DNA from: the human T2T-CHM13v2.0 reference genome, Homo sapiens
NCBI RefSeq assembly: GCF_009914755.1
Contig: NC_060925.1
DNA length: 64,000 bases
Reading direction: 5' to 3' (one strand)
Made by a program: the position numbers and the translations under genes
The notes under the pieces: model-generated
Database searches by the model: none
The model's input: the letters and a program-made list of their open reading frames with translations, nothing else
What the model was told of the DNA's origin: nothing
In this document: piece after piece, positions 32,602 through 47,400 of the stretch
How the letters are laid out: the number at the start of each line of letters is the position of its first letter
How positions within the stretch are numbered: position 1 is the first letter of the stretch

Positions 32602-33045
32602 TATACTAGTCAGTGTTCTAGCAAGAAACAGAGGCCCACGAATGGGGTAACAAAGGAAAGTTTAAGGAAAGGACGATTTATAAAGAGAAGGTGAAGTACT
32701 TCAGAGCTAGCAACGACAGGGGAGCTGTTACTACCCCTGGGATTGAAGGAGCATATACCAGCACCCAGGAAGAACTGCGGCTATGACCACGGCTGCAGGA
32801 GGAGCTGTGACTTTCAGGAAAGGAATGCTAACCCTTGGCTGGCAGAGAAGGAGCCAGGGCAATACTCACCCCAACTGCTTCTCTCCTCTCGTTCTCTAAT
32901 GTCCTCCATGTGTCAAACCCCATAGGAATCCTGAAGGCAAGCAAGCTTGGTTGTTGGGGCAGAAGACAGAAATCAGCTTTCAGGGCACAGAACAGAATGG
33001 AGAAGGGTGATGTGTGTATCTGCAGAAGCGAACAGATATCTCTCT
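32602..33045 (-). mobile_element. ERVL solo LTR (LTR33-like)
   Basis: cagggcacagaacagaatggagaagggtg...gatatc and tagtcagtgttctagcaagaaacaga resemble the recalled LTR33 termini. Confidence 0.65.
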
Positions 33046-33954
33046 GGCCCCTGCCCCCAGGAATGGAGGAAGGATGGAGATGAGGAGGGCTGGGTCTTCT
33101 TATCCACTCAGGCTTCACCCAGGACAGAGAGCAAGAGCCATTAAAGAGGCAAAGCCCAGAATTTGGGAGCTGGCAGCCTGGTAGGCATTGAGGAGGGACT
33201 TGGGCAAAAAAATTGAGGAATGCTTGCCACTGCTTAGGACATGTCCTTCTCGCCTACCCTTACTCCTTTGCTGTCTTACCCCCCTAGCCTAGAACTGGAT
33301 CCCAAGCTGAGACAGAATAGGAATCCTGGCAGGAATTTCAAGATTGTGCTCTCTGATGTATTCATACTCAATAAAGCTCTCTGTCCTGGAGAAAAAAGCT
33401 CCAATGTCAGACCCAAGGACAGGAAACAGTTGGGCTGAAGGGGATCCCATTGATCTGGGACTTGGAATCAGCTGAGAAGAGAATGGAGGGTCAGGAAGAT
33501 CTACCCTTTCCCTAGAAATCATCTGAAGCAAACCTGTGGGGCTTGGGAACCCAGTGCCCTGCATCAGAGCAGTTCCTTGCATGCAGCCAGGTGGGGAGCC
33601 AGTCTGAGTTCCAGCTGGAATTTCATAGCAAGCAGGTAGAAGGCAACGGCCCTCCCAGCTCACCTTCACCACCCACCTTTTCACTCGTTTTTTGGTCTCT
33701 TCCTTTTTATCTCCACTGCTTGGTTGTTCTAGTTCAGACCTGTCTTTGTCCCTCCTCTTAGATTTTTGCAATAGCTTCCTTACTAGTCTCCCTGCCCACA
33801 ATTCTGATTCCTTAATTCCTCCTCCACACTGTTTCAAGAGTGATATTTCTAGCATGTAAATCCAGTCATGTCTTACCCCTTGCTTAACTTTCTTCAATGG
33901 CTCATTTTTGCCTATAGGATCAACTCCAGTCTCCTTAGCATAGCACTCAAACTC

Positions 33955-35732
<1,778 letters not shown>

Positions 35733-35955
35733 TCTTCCTGTTCATTTTTAAGCAAAGTTCTCCTCTTTACAGATGTTGCTAGACAGGGAGGGGAACCCAT
35801 GGTGCTCACTATATCACTGAGCTGAATGTCTTTGCCCAGTGAGAACCCCAGGGTGCCCGAAATGGCTGAAACAATCCCTCCGCTAATAGGGGACCCTGGG
35901 CCCTCATTCTGCATCTCTCTAGGGGCTGAGTTGAAGGAGCTTCTTTCTCAATCCA

Positions 35956-36084
35956 CATACATATATATGTGTATATATGTATGTATATGTATATATGTAT
36001 ATATATTTTATATACGTATGTATATATAATATATATACATATGTATATATTAATATATAATATATATTTTATATATATATATAT
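35956..36084. repeat. (TA)n/(TATG)n microsatellite
   Basis: Seen directly. Confidence 0.95.
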
Positions 36085-36112
36085 AAGCTTCTTGATGGAA
36101 ACTGTTTGTGTT

Positions 36113-36342
36113 GGCTGGGCGAGGTGACTCACACCTGTAATCCCAGCACTTTGGGAGTCTGAGATGGGAGCATCGATTGAGCCTAGGTATTCTTTCTAGA
36201 CCAGTTCTGGGCAACATAGTGAGACCCTGTCAAAAAGGAAAAAAGGAAGAAAAAGAAAGAGAAGGAAAGAAAGAGAGAGAGGAAGGAAGGAAGGAGGGAG
36301 GGAGGGAGAGAGGGAGGGAAAGAAGGAAGGAAGGAAGGAGAG
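36113..36342 (+). mobile_element. FLAM with GA-rich tail (GGAA/GGGA)
   Basis: Monomer followed by a purine tract at 36232-36342. Confidence 0.85.
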
Positions 36343-37369
36343 CGAAACTGTTCATTTTTACATCTTGCACAATGCTTTGCTCATAGTAGGCACTCTGAAC
36401 TGAAATACCTTGAAAACTAGGATCATCCATATTCACTCGTTCATTCATTCATTCATTCATTCACTGAACAAACTGATTAAGGGATGTACATGACTGTGTC
36501 TCATAAATTTGTCCAAAGATGTTTAAATTCATTTATGTTTTCTGCTAGACCCACCATTTGGGAGAATGAATTTCTTAAGTTCACTGGCCACGGTATAAAA
36601 TCACCTTTATTCATCCCAAATGTGTTCGAGTTTCAAAGCAAACCCACTTTGCCTACAGTTTCAGGATCTTGTGAATAAGTTTCTAGTCACCTTCTCTACA
36701 CCATTTGTGATTTGTGATTTCCTTCACATCCCCCACCAGCCTTCTCACTTCCAGACTGGGTGGTGAGTCATCGACCCTTCCCCACTGAGGAGCTTTTGCA
36801 TGCCCTGCGTCTTCTCCAGGGTGGGACAGAGTGCCACGGCTGAGCCCTGCGGGTAGGACTGTTCCAGCTGGGCACCTCAAGGAACATGTTCTCCTTCTTC
36901 CGTCACATCTTATTCACAGTTCTCTTAGCCTTTTGGCCAACAGCCTCAGGGAACTGTCTAAATGAAGAAGGATTTCTAGGTCCTTTGCCAGAACCGTGGC
37001 TGACCATGCAGAGTTGAGCACTGGAGAGGGGGTTTTGATGTGTTCATCACAAAAGGCATTGCCTTGCACTTGCCCACATTTAATTGAGTCTGTACCCTTT
37101 TGCCCTGAAATCATCCTGCCAACTAAATCCAAAAGGATGCTGGAGAATAGAGAATAACATCTATGGCCCAGCCCCCACTGTATATGCGTATGCACACCAA
37201 GGGCCATACCTTTGGCTGGATGCCTAGGGCTCTTTTCTGGCACCAGGTGAAATATCAGAATCTTTTCCACTGCTCCCTGTCAATTCAATCAGATATAAAA
37301 TGTGTAAGACTTTGTCTAAACCTTCAAAGACCTCCTAGTAGGCTTGGGGAAGAAATAGACACATATGAT

Positions 37370-37990
37370 AGTACCATTAGTGGTAGCATCTACTGCATAT
37401 TAAACATGTCCTATATGCCAGGTGCTTTATATACATCCTTTATATTGAGTATCAACTTTAATCCTTACAACAGCCCTGCAAGGTGAGTATTTTTACTCCA
37501 TTTGATAAATGATAAATGAAGCAGAGAGGTTAAACAACCTCCCCCAGGATCACGCAGCTAGAAAGTTTACGGAGCTAGAATTCAGACCTAGGTGTGTCTT
37601 ACTCCAAAGCCTGTGTTTTTTGCCACCACCTTACATGATCTCAACATATAGCAATCAACATGACATGTTATAGCCCCGGTGAAAGAGATCAGTTATTGGA
37701 CTGTTTTGGTCTCTTCTAGGTTACCTGTCACCTGTCTCAACCCAACTTTTTCAGACCTTAGCTTAAAGTTCATTTCCTAAGGGAAGCTTTCTCCAGCCCC
37801 CATGATGCATTCCCATAAAGCCAGTTCTTTCCCTCACAGCTGTTGTTTAGGCAATTGTTTGTGTAATGTGTTCCTTTCCTGTTAGAAGGCAACTCCGTGA
37901 GGGCAGAGACAATGATAGTTTTGTTCAGTGTTTTGTCCCTAGCGCCTAGCCCAATGCGCAACACATAGTAAGTGCTCATTAAACTTGCCT
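37370..37990. mobile_element. MIR (minus, 37370-37635) and L2 3' end (plus, 37730-37990)
   Basis: atccttacaacagccctgcaaggt; gagggcagagac...acatagtaagtgctca. Confidence 0.75.
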
Positions 37991-38199
37991 TCTCGCTCCA
38001 GAACCTCACTTGCTTTCTAGTTCTCCCCTACTCCCCTGCCCTTTCCACCTTGCCTCCAGAACTTCCTTCAGTGGTGATGGCTCCAACATCCCCCAGCCCC
38101 AGTCCTTAGCCTTCCAGATGCTTGGGTATCCCAGGAGTTTTATTCACACTGCCACGCTGTTCTGTGGAAGCAGGGCTTCCCCTCGGCCCTAGCAGGGCA

Positions 38200-38480
38200 G
38201 GTGCTGACAGGAGCAGCCAATAGCCAGGATGCCAGGTTTCCCTGTGCTAAGCTTTTTCCTGGGAATGATTTAAGGCCCTGAACAGATAAGTGAAGAGCAA
38301 ACCCGCAATGAAGTCAGCACTCTGCTTATTAAGTGGAAAAAGCTGTGCTCGGCTTATTGAAATGTTCATTAGACAGATATATAGAGATGAGAAGGAGGAA
38401 GGGAGGGCGGCGGCACCGCAGGATCAGGCTGCGCTCCAGCGGTGATGCAGGGGGCATCCCGGGGGAGACTTCGGTCTAGC
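38200..38480. promoter_or_regulatory. Candidate enhancer with adjacent small CpG patch
   Basis: CCAAT, TGATTTAAGG, AGATAAG, TTAAGTGG (NKX-like), followed by a GGCGGCGG patch. Confidence 0.4.
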
Positions 38481-39436
38481 CCCGGGAGGAAGGGGAGTGG
38501 GGCTGGGACAGATGAGCAGGCCTGTTAGGAAGAGGGGGCCACGGCCCTGACTCCAGGAAGCCAGAGCTGAAGGAAGGGGGCCTGCGCAGTGTGCGAGGGA
38601 GCTTTGGAAGCTGTCAGTGCTAGCTAGCTCTGTGAGGCAGCAGATAGAGGGGACTTGGCCCACTTTAGAGAATGCCCACTTCTCTGCATCGATGTCACTG
38701 TCTTTGTCCCAGGAACATAATTTCTGAAGAACTTTGACCCACTTTATTTGCCCACTCTGAAGGCAAGAGGGTGACTGCTTCCTGAGCTCTGAGCTCCCCC
38801 AAGGAAGGGCTTTTCCTGGGGTGGGAGCTGAGCCTTGCCAAGGGCCCCCCTCAGCCCAGGAGGAGCCACGGCTCCTTCAGCACCTCCCGGCTCTCTGGCT
38901 TCTGTCCTCAGTGCCCATCAGGCAGGCAACCCCAGCAAGCTCTGGAGTGGAGTGGCCTTGAAAAAGCTGCAGCTACTTGATGACGGCGTCACCTCCTGTG
39001 ATGTGGGGAGGACTCCCAGTGAGTGGGGAACTGGGTCTAAATCATCCATGTGCCTGGCAGTAACCTGGAGCCTGGCCCACGGAAGGCTTCTTATTGATAA
39101 GCTCTAGATGGTGGCTGATGGAGTGAGTGAAAATTCTACCGCTCTCCCCAGTTCAGATGTTGGAAGGGGAAAGAATCATGGTGTGACTGGAAGGGCAGGT
39201 GCTGTTTCCCAAACAGGAAAAAAAACAGCCACAAGATTTTCCAGTGTCTTCATGGTCTTTCTTGCCATCATCAGTTCGGCTCCTGGAGGTAGAGTCGGTG
39301 GTGACCAAATGGACAAAAAAAAGGATGCCGGCTGGAAACTATGTGAACAGAACAATAAAAACAGTATCTGTAGAGTTTCAGAGCATTTTCACAGGATCTC
39401 ATTTAATCCTCATTCATTGATTCAGCCAGTAGTTGG

Positions 39437-39737
<301 letters not shown>

Positions 39738-40106
39738 TTCAGCCAGTAGTTGCTGACCTCCTACTTCCTGCCAGGCCTGTACATGCACCACAACCTCAGT
39801 GAATGAAACCAACTCTGTCCCACCCTTGTGTAGCGAATCGCCTCATGAAAGGTAAATGTCATAACAATTCTTCATTAATTCTTTCATTCAGCAAACAGTG
39901 ATGCCAAGCTGGACTCCTGGGAATGGAGAAATGAATCAGACATGCATCCTGCCCCAGAGAACTTTACAGTCTAGGAGGTACCTGTACAAGTAAATGGATG
40001 ATTAGAAACAGTGTGATAAAGATACTGAACTAACCCCTAAGTGCCTGAGGGTTAGGCAAGGCTTCCTGAAGATGTGTGAACTGAGTCTTTAAAAAAGAAC
40101 CTACGT

Positions 40107-40800
40107 GGCTGGGCGCGGTGGCTCACGCCTGTAATCCCAGCACTTTGGGAGGCCAAGGTGGATGGATCACGAGGTCAGGAGTTCAAGACTAGCCTGGCCA
40201 ACATGGTGAAACCCCATCTCTACTAAAAATACAAAAATTAGCTGGGCATGGTGGCCGGCGCCTGTAATCCCAGCTACTCGGGAGGCTGAGGCAGAGAATT
40301 GCTTGAACCCGGGAGGTGAAGGTTGCAGTGAGCCCAGATCGCGCCACTGCGCTCCAGCCTGGGCCACAGAGCAAAAAAAAAAGAACATATGTTTGCTAAG
40401 CATTCAGGGAGAAGGAATTTCTAGGCCAAGAGAGGTGGATTTGAGGGGAAATTCAAACAGGTCAGCCATGGAAAAAGAATGGTGGAAAATAGTGTTAGTG
40501 AGCTAGCCAGGGGCCAGGCACAGCAGCTCATGCCTGTAATCCCAGCATTTTGGGAGACTGAGGCAGGAGGACTGCTTGAGGCCAGGAGTTTGAGACCAGC
40601 CTGGACAATACGGTGAGACCCCGTCTCTACTAAAAATTAAAAAATTAACTGGGCATGGTGGTGCACACCTGTAATCCTAGCTACTGGGGAGAGTGAGGCA
40701 GGAGAATCACTCGAACTCAGGAGGTTGAGGCTACTGTGAGCAGTGTTCACGCCTCTGCACTCCAGCCTGGTTGACAAAGGGAGACCCTGTCTCAAAAGAG
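40107..40800 (+). mobile_element. AluS (40107-40385) and AluJ (40512-40800) in an antisense L2
   Basis: Two dimers; (GA)n after the second. Confidence 0.9.
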
Positions 40801-41199
40801 AGAGAGAGAGAGGAGAGAGCTAGGCAGGACCAAATCCCAAAGGAATTTCCCAGCTACATTTAAAGCTAACTTAACTTAGCTAATTTAAAGCTAACTCCTT
40901 AAGGAGTTAGACCCATTCTAAAAGTTCCTGCAGGGTCAGTGAAGGGAAAAGACCACCTCAGCAGCAGTGCAGAAGAGGGGTTATCTAGAGGGGCCATCTC
41001 AGTGGTCCAAGTGAGAGATGGTGCCATCTGACTAGGGCAGCGGCACCAGGAAGGAGGGGACCAGATGGCCCAGCATGAGGTCTGAACGTAGTTTGGCACC
41101 CTGCTAGATATAGGAAACCAACCAGAAGGTGTCCATTTCACAAGGAGGGGAGAGGGCACAGAATGCCTTGTCCAGGGGGACCCGGAGCAGTGCGGGGAA

Positions 41200-41470
41200 T
41201 CCAGGGCCCTGCAGGAAGCCGTGGCTGCTTAAACCCATGTGTCAGGGCCCGCTTGTGATGCTGAGGCTGCTGACACCTGCTCCCAGGCCTTGATGACTCC
41301 ATTTCCCAGCTCCCTCCCTCTGCCTCGCTGACTTTGGAGGTGATTAGTAATAAAACTTTAACAAGCATCCATAGGTACGTCTCCCTGTCACTTTTATGAG
41401 GCCATTTCCTGAGCAAAGATATAGGAGCACCTTCAGTCTCTCTAGCCATGTTGTTGCTGCCACCATTTCA
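41200..41470. promoter_or_regulatory. Candidate enhancer
   Basis: TGTCAG, TGATTA, GTAATAAAA (CDX/HOX13 type), CTGTCA next to TTTTATGA. Confidence 0.4.
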
Positions 41471-42449
41471 GTGTCTGCCTCAGCCTGAGCAGGTCCCAGA
41501 CAGCTCCAGGGGCTAAGTCGGGGTTGGGGGGTTGGTGCCTGGAGGAAATTGGAGCATGCTTAGCTCAAGGAACCTCAAAAAGGCAGGCACAGCTCCCTGT
41601 ATGCCCTCGAGGGCTCTTTGGAAATTGTCACTGGGAAGGCTGGAGCCGTTTTCACTGCCTGGGCCATTAGAAATCAAAGCAGGCCTCACTTCTTTCTTCC
41701 CCTCCTCTCCCCGAAGTGTCCTCTTCCATCCCCATCCAAGAGTTTTGCTCTCCTGCTTCATTGATCACTATGTATTTATCCAATGCCATCACAAATGGAC
41801 GTTGGAAATACAGTCAAGAATTATACTTGCTCTCTGTCTTGGGGGAGCTGTGGACCTGAATGGGGCTGGGAACAATAGACACTACCCTGTAACCAAAAAA
41901 CATGGTAATAAAAGTTCTCATGGGCACGAATGAAGTGCTTTGGTGGGAACCCAGAGGGGGATGCACTTATGAGGCCAAGGAAATGGGGAGAAGCTGGGGA
42001 ATATTTCTCCAAGATGGTAACAGCAGACCTGGGCCTTGTTGAATGAGGATTTGTGTGAGCTGGGCAGAGGGAAGGCAGCCCCTTTTTCCTGGTGAGCTCC
42101 TAGGTCCTCAGGGGCGAGGCTGGGCTAGCCTTGCTGGAGCTGAGCCTCCTCTAACTGGTCTGAGCTGATGCTGAGGCAGGGCCCCCTGAGCTGGTGGCCC
42201 CCCTGCTTCAGGAGGTGGCTGAAGTGGCACAGTAACTCTGGTAGAAAGGGGCTTCATCCACAGCAGCTGAGGACTTCAGGGGGCCCCGCTTCCCTCCCTT
42301 GGCCCTGATGGTACCTGTTTCAAGTCCACCCAGGGAGATGGGGCCAGAATAACGGGAAGAGGGAGAGCTGCTGCATTTGCCGCCGTGGACTCCTCCCTCG
42401 TTCTTGAAATTCTCTGACTCTGGGTTCTGTGACACTAGTGTGTCCTGTA

Positions 42450-42660
42450 GTATGTATGATGTAGTGCAAAGACACCATAGAGCTGGACAGATATAGTTTC
42501 AAATCCTAGCTCCTGAATTTGAATCTCTGATAACATCTTAGGCAAGTTGCCCTCTCTGAACCTGTTTCACCATCTACAAAATAGAGATAATAGTCCATAT
42601 TTCAAAAGGTTGTTGTACTCCTCGAATGAGATGATGACTGTGAAGTGTCCAGGACAGACT
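42450..42660 (+). mobile_element. MIR
   Basis: ttcaaatcctagctc...ggcaagttgccctctctgaacctgttt. Confidence 0.75.
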
Positions 42661-43162
42661 TACGTCCGTGTTCTTCTTCCACCCCTACCTTTCCTAACCT
42701 CTATGACTGCTCCCTCCAGTCTTGTTCCTGGGCTCCTTTTCTTGCATGAGCCCCTTAGGGTTTCCCAGAGCTGACATCTCTTACATCTCTATCTTCTCTT
42801 CACAGCTCCCTCCTGAGTTAGAGACCCACACTTACAGCTGCCCACTAGATTCAATTCAATTCAACATTTATTAGATACCTATCTTGTGAGAATGCCACTG
42901 GCCCCCATGCCTGCCTTCAAGGACTTGGAATCCTGTAGAGTTTTACCCAATGGCCCCAGTTTCTTCTGTGAAGTTGGAATTGAGGTCATCTGCTAAGAGT
43001 GGTGGGAGTAGGGGATGAATGGGGGACCAGAGAGTGGTAACTGTTAAAAATAGCTATCAGAGAAATGTTTCTCAAATTCCCCCCTCCCTTCTACCTTGTC
43101 ACTGCCACCCTTATTCAGATCACTGCCATCTCTTGCCTGGACCGTTGCAATCACCTTCTAAC

Positions 43163-43345
43163 TCAGTGGTTTACAAAGTGGGCTGAACGTTGGACTCCCC
43201 TAGTTAGGTGGGGCTTTTTAAAAACTCTGAAGCCTGGATCTCTCCCCAGAGATTCTGATATAATTGATCTCAGCATGGCCCAGGAATCAGCATTTTTAAA
43301 GCACCCCAGTTAATTCTATTGTGCAGCCAAGGTGAAGAACCACTA
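43163..43345. mobile_element. MER5-type hAT-Charlie MITE
   Basis: cagtggttt...ccccagagattctgat...gcagccaaggtgaagaaccact; terminal inverted similarity. Confidence 0.8.
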
Positions 43346-43349
43346 TTCT

Positions 43350-43648
43350 GGCCAGGTGCAGTGGTTCATGCCTGTAATCAGCACTTTGGGAAGCCAAGGT
43401 GGGTGGATCACCTGAGCTCAGGAGTTCGAGATCAGCCTGGCCCACATGGTGAAAAAACCCATCTCTACTAAAAATACAAAAATTACGCAGGCAGTGGCAT
43501 GCATCTGTAATGCCAGCTACTTGGGAGGCTGAGACAGGAGAGTCCCTTGAACCTGGCAGGCAGAGGTGCAGTGAGCAGAGATGGCACCATTGCACTCCAG
43601 CCTGGGCAACAGAGCAAGACTCCATCTCAAAAAAAAAAAAAAAAAAGA
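43350..43648 (+). mobile_element. AluS
   Basis: TSD aagaaccactattctg. Confidence 0.95.
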
Positions 43649-43806
43649 ACCACTATTCTGTTTTCCTGCCTCTGTTCTCATCCTCACTAATCTGTTCTCC
43701 ACAACACATGTGCTCAGGGGGAACCTTATAAAACACAAGTCTGGTGGTGTCGTTCCCTTGCTTGTCTGCCCCTTAGATTGTAAGTTCCTTTAGAAAAGGG
43801 ACGATA

Positions 43807-43970
43807 CCTGAATCAACTCTATCCCCAGCACATAGCATGGGCCTGGCCTGAATCAACTCTTTATCCCCTGCACATAGCATGGGCCTGGCCTGAATCAACT
43901 CTATCCTTAGCACATAGCATGGGCCTGGTCTGAATCAACTCCATCCCCTGCGCATAGCATGGGCCTGGCC
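43807..43970. repeat. Minisatellite, 40-bp unit x4, inside an L2 3' end
   Basis: CCTGAATCAACTCTATCCCCAGCACATAGCATGGGCCTGG units at 43807, 43847, 43889 and 43929. Confidence 0.95.
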
Positions 43971-44329
43971 TTAGGACATGCTTGGTCAGCACTCCGTGAA
44001 TAAATGAATGAGTGAGTGAACAAACTGATCAACCAGTAACCAACAAACTGACAGATAGATGTTGGTTCTGTGCCTAGGAATATGTTGGTGAATTATAGCA
44101 GTTCACCACTGAACCAGGAGAATAAGGCCAGTTGGGTACCAATCTGGAAGCCTGGGGAAAATGCAGGGAGGGAGGGAGGGAGGGAAGAAGGAGGCAGTGA
44201 GAGGTCAGAAAGGCAGAGTTTCCTGAGAGGTGAATTATCAGAGGGACCACCATGGGTCGGGCAAGCACCTCAGCCAGGGAGTAATGGAGTTAGGGAGGAA
44301 GGGCCCAGGCAGAGCCAGAGAGAGCCGCA

Positions 44330-45630
44330 GGAGCCGCTTAATCTGCCCCTAGGAAGTGCAGGCTGGGGACAGCAGGCAGGAAGCAGCGGGCCCATTCCTC
44401 AGCGCTAATGCCCCCAGCCTAACACAATTACCCCTTCCTTCTCCCTCAGCCCAGGCAAGGGGGAGGTTGCATGGAGGGCAAGCATGCCCCGCAGCTGGGG
44501 AGGGTGGGGGTCATGGCTGGAAATCCAATCAGGAGTTCCACTTTAGTATTAGCCTGAGCTACCCATTTTAGCTGGAGGGGTTTGCATAGATGCTGGGCTA
44601 AAGAGATGCTGCTGGAAGATCTGTGAACCACTGCCTTCCCTGCCCCTCCCTGGGTGCCAATGGGACTGGATCTGGAGACTCCCATCCCCGTCCTGCAACC
44701 CAGTCCTCCTGCTGCAGTCTTACCTGTCCTCTGAAGCCAGTTTGCTAAGTCTTGAATCCCACCTCATGGCTGGCCCCCACTGCTGCTTCTCACTCCCCAC
44801 CTCAGCCTCTCGCCCTCCCTCTCTGCTCCACATTGATATAAATGGAGGCTTCGGCTGCCTTTAAATAGTCCGATCTATCAGAGGGGCACACGCTGCCCAT
44901 AAATCTGCTGGGGCTGATGGCTCCCTAAGTGGACTGATAGGAGCTATTTCCGGCAAGGTGTTCAGTTACTCTGTCCCTCCCATCCCTCCCCCTAGCTTGC
45001 CCTTCCCCAGGGGCAGGGACCCTTTTTGTCATCTGGTAATTGGCATTTTTTCACTTGCACTTGGTCCTGCAGAGGGAGTGCAGCGCCCAGCCCAGCCCCT
45101 AACTGGATTAGCATTGGCTTTCAGAGAGGGTCCCTCTGGGGTCGACCTTCCAGTTCAAGAGATCAAGATCGAGCTGTTGGTTCAACAAGGAAGGGGGCTG
45201 AGGTGGGAGGTGGGTACCCAGGGGAGCCAAGACTAAGTGCGGAGGGAGGGGGTGAATGAAGTCCTCAGCCCCTCTCTGGCTAAGCCTGCCTGTATCCAGC
45301 GCCCTAGCCTATGGAGCATGGAAGAGACCAGAAGACAGGCTCTGGAGCTGGGGGTCTCCATCCTGGCTGTCAGAGTCCCTCTGGCCCTCCCCGTCAAGGC
45401 TGCCTCGGGCTAGCTGTGAGCTTTCCCTTTCTAGAAATGACCTAGGATTGAAAGGGGGATGGAAGTCTGAGACTGGGATGGGGTTTCTCCAGACAAGTGG
45501 TATGGATCTGAAACAGAAGCTGGAGAAACCCTAGGGCCAGCTGTTAGACAGTAGGGGGCCTGGTGCAGGAACACACACACATTACCCTAATTTGGAGGGC
45601 GGCTGCTAATGGATGGATTTCCCTGAAGGA
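44330..45630. promoter_or_regulatory. Candidate regulatory cluster
   Basis: Repeat-free ~1.3 kb with many TAAT cores (TTAATC, CAATTA, TAATTG, GGATTA), CCATAAA, TTTAAATAG and CCAATCA. Confidence 0.4.
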
Positions 45631-46779
45631 GAGAAAAAAGACCTCTGGAGGCTGGGACCTGCTGGGGGAGACACAGAAATGCCCTTGGAGGTCACCCCAG
45701 TGACCTGTGGTCAAGAGGTCACTATGGCCACTCAGAGATCACCACTAACATAGCTCCATTTCCTATCCCATCCCCCTGTGGTTTTCAGAGGGCAGAAAGC
45801 TGAGCCAGCCTCGTTATACCGGCCCAGGCCCTTGCCCCTGCCAAGGACCCCTAGAATAGTCCTGCTAAGGTTCTTGTGTCTAAAGAAGAGGAAAAGCTAG
45901 AGATGGTGAAGGGCAGAGAAGAATGGATGGAGAATCACTCCTTTAATGCATCCGTAAGACACTTACCAAGCTTCTCTCCTGAAATCTGAGTTCTTGGGAA
46001 TGGGACCGAGTGGAGGGGTCAGTGTTCCTTATCAGGGTGCGGGAGGTGGGATGCTCTTGCTCATGGACTCTGGTTAGGGAACCAGGAAGAGTACAAACAG
46101 AAGACTTGGAAGAGTGTTGTTTTGAGCAAAACAAGACTTGCTTATTACAGTGACCCCATTTCTGACCCAGCTGTTGGGGATTAGAACATAGCAAGAGGGT
46201 GAAGGGAGGAGCATGTGATGAGATTCCCAGCTGTGTATGATCCTGGGACAGGGACAAGAGTTGGCCACATAGCCCCCGCCAGAGTCTCAGACCTGAAGGG
46301 GACCTTTTCTCCTGCTCCAGGGAAGGGGCTGAGCACTCAGCAGTGACCAACTGAGAAGCCCCGTGAATGACACCAAGAATGCCTGTTGAGGTCATCAACA
46401 GCATTTCTCAAGCGATCTTGAGAAGATCGTTTCTCAAGATCAGGAGACTTGGAGAGAGCCTACCCTTCCTGGGGCAGGGGTGGGAGGGTAAGGGAAATAG
46501 ACTGTTTAGCAGCAATCAAGAGAGATTCTGAGGTGGCCACTAAGACCCTAGGGATAGCCTCACACAGCATAAGTCGTTGTTCTCTCTTCCTCCCTTCACT
46601 CATTCATTCGCTTGCTCACTCAGTACACTCTGACTGGAGCTCATGGAGCTCACATCTACTAGGGAGAAAGACTTCTGAACAGACATGAAACTCAGTGTAC
46701 CAGGCGCCATGTGAACCCAGAGGCTGTGCGAGTCCCTGCTGAAAACCTGCCTGGGGAGCCCCATTTCACCCTGCAGCTC

Positions 46780-47400
46780 CAGACTCCACCCGGACTCCTG
46801 GAGGTTCCCATTGACCCTCAGGCTCCTCAGACTCAACTTGTCCAAAGCTGAACTATGTGATCATGCCTCTGACTCTGTTCCCCAGTGAGCATCCCTAACT
46901 CAGTGAATGGCACACAGAGAATCAGCGCTGTGTCACCACTGCTGGAATTCTGGTTCCTCCTAGAGTCCCTCTTCTTCAATCTCCACATCCAACTAGAGAT
47001 CCATCAGAGTGTCCTTTTCAACAATGTAGGTGACACTGTGCCACTCCTCTGCTGAGAATCCTCCAGTAACGAGCCCTCCCAATCAGGGTAAAATCCTTAC
47101 TGTGGCCACAAGGCCCTGCCAGTTCTGCCTCCCTCAGCCTCCCTGCACTCATCCCCACCTCACTCTGCTCCAGCCACACTGGCCGTGTGGCAGCTCCTCA
47201 AACATTCTAATGATATGACTCACATGTATTATCTCACATAGGTATCTGTGCACCGATGCTTGTCTTTCCCACCTGTGACCTTGAGCACCCTGAATTTATC
47301 TTAATTCTTGTTGGATAAATTCACCTTTGTAACCCCCATCCCTAGCACAGTGCCTGGCCACATGGTAAATGTTTGTTTAATGTCTGCCAAATAAATGAAT
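46780..47400 (+). mobile_element. L2
   Basis: cagactcaacttgtccaaagctgaac...cctagcacagtgcctggc. Confidence 0.7.

Noticed and set aside
37480-37488. Near-perfect donor AAG|GTGAGT
   Set aside because: Within a MIR with no convincing upstream acceptor; such sites are common in long introns.
40975-41000. CTCF-like CTAGAGGGGGCC (also ~2935 and ~44875)
   Set aside because: Spacing is off by one base from the core consensus.
43807-43970. CRISPR-like repeat array (also 5354-5454 and 54903-55040)
   Set aside because: Units are directly tandem without unique spacers, there are no cas genes, and the context is primate.
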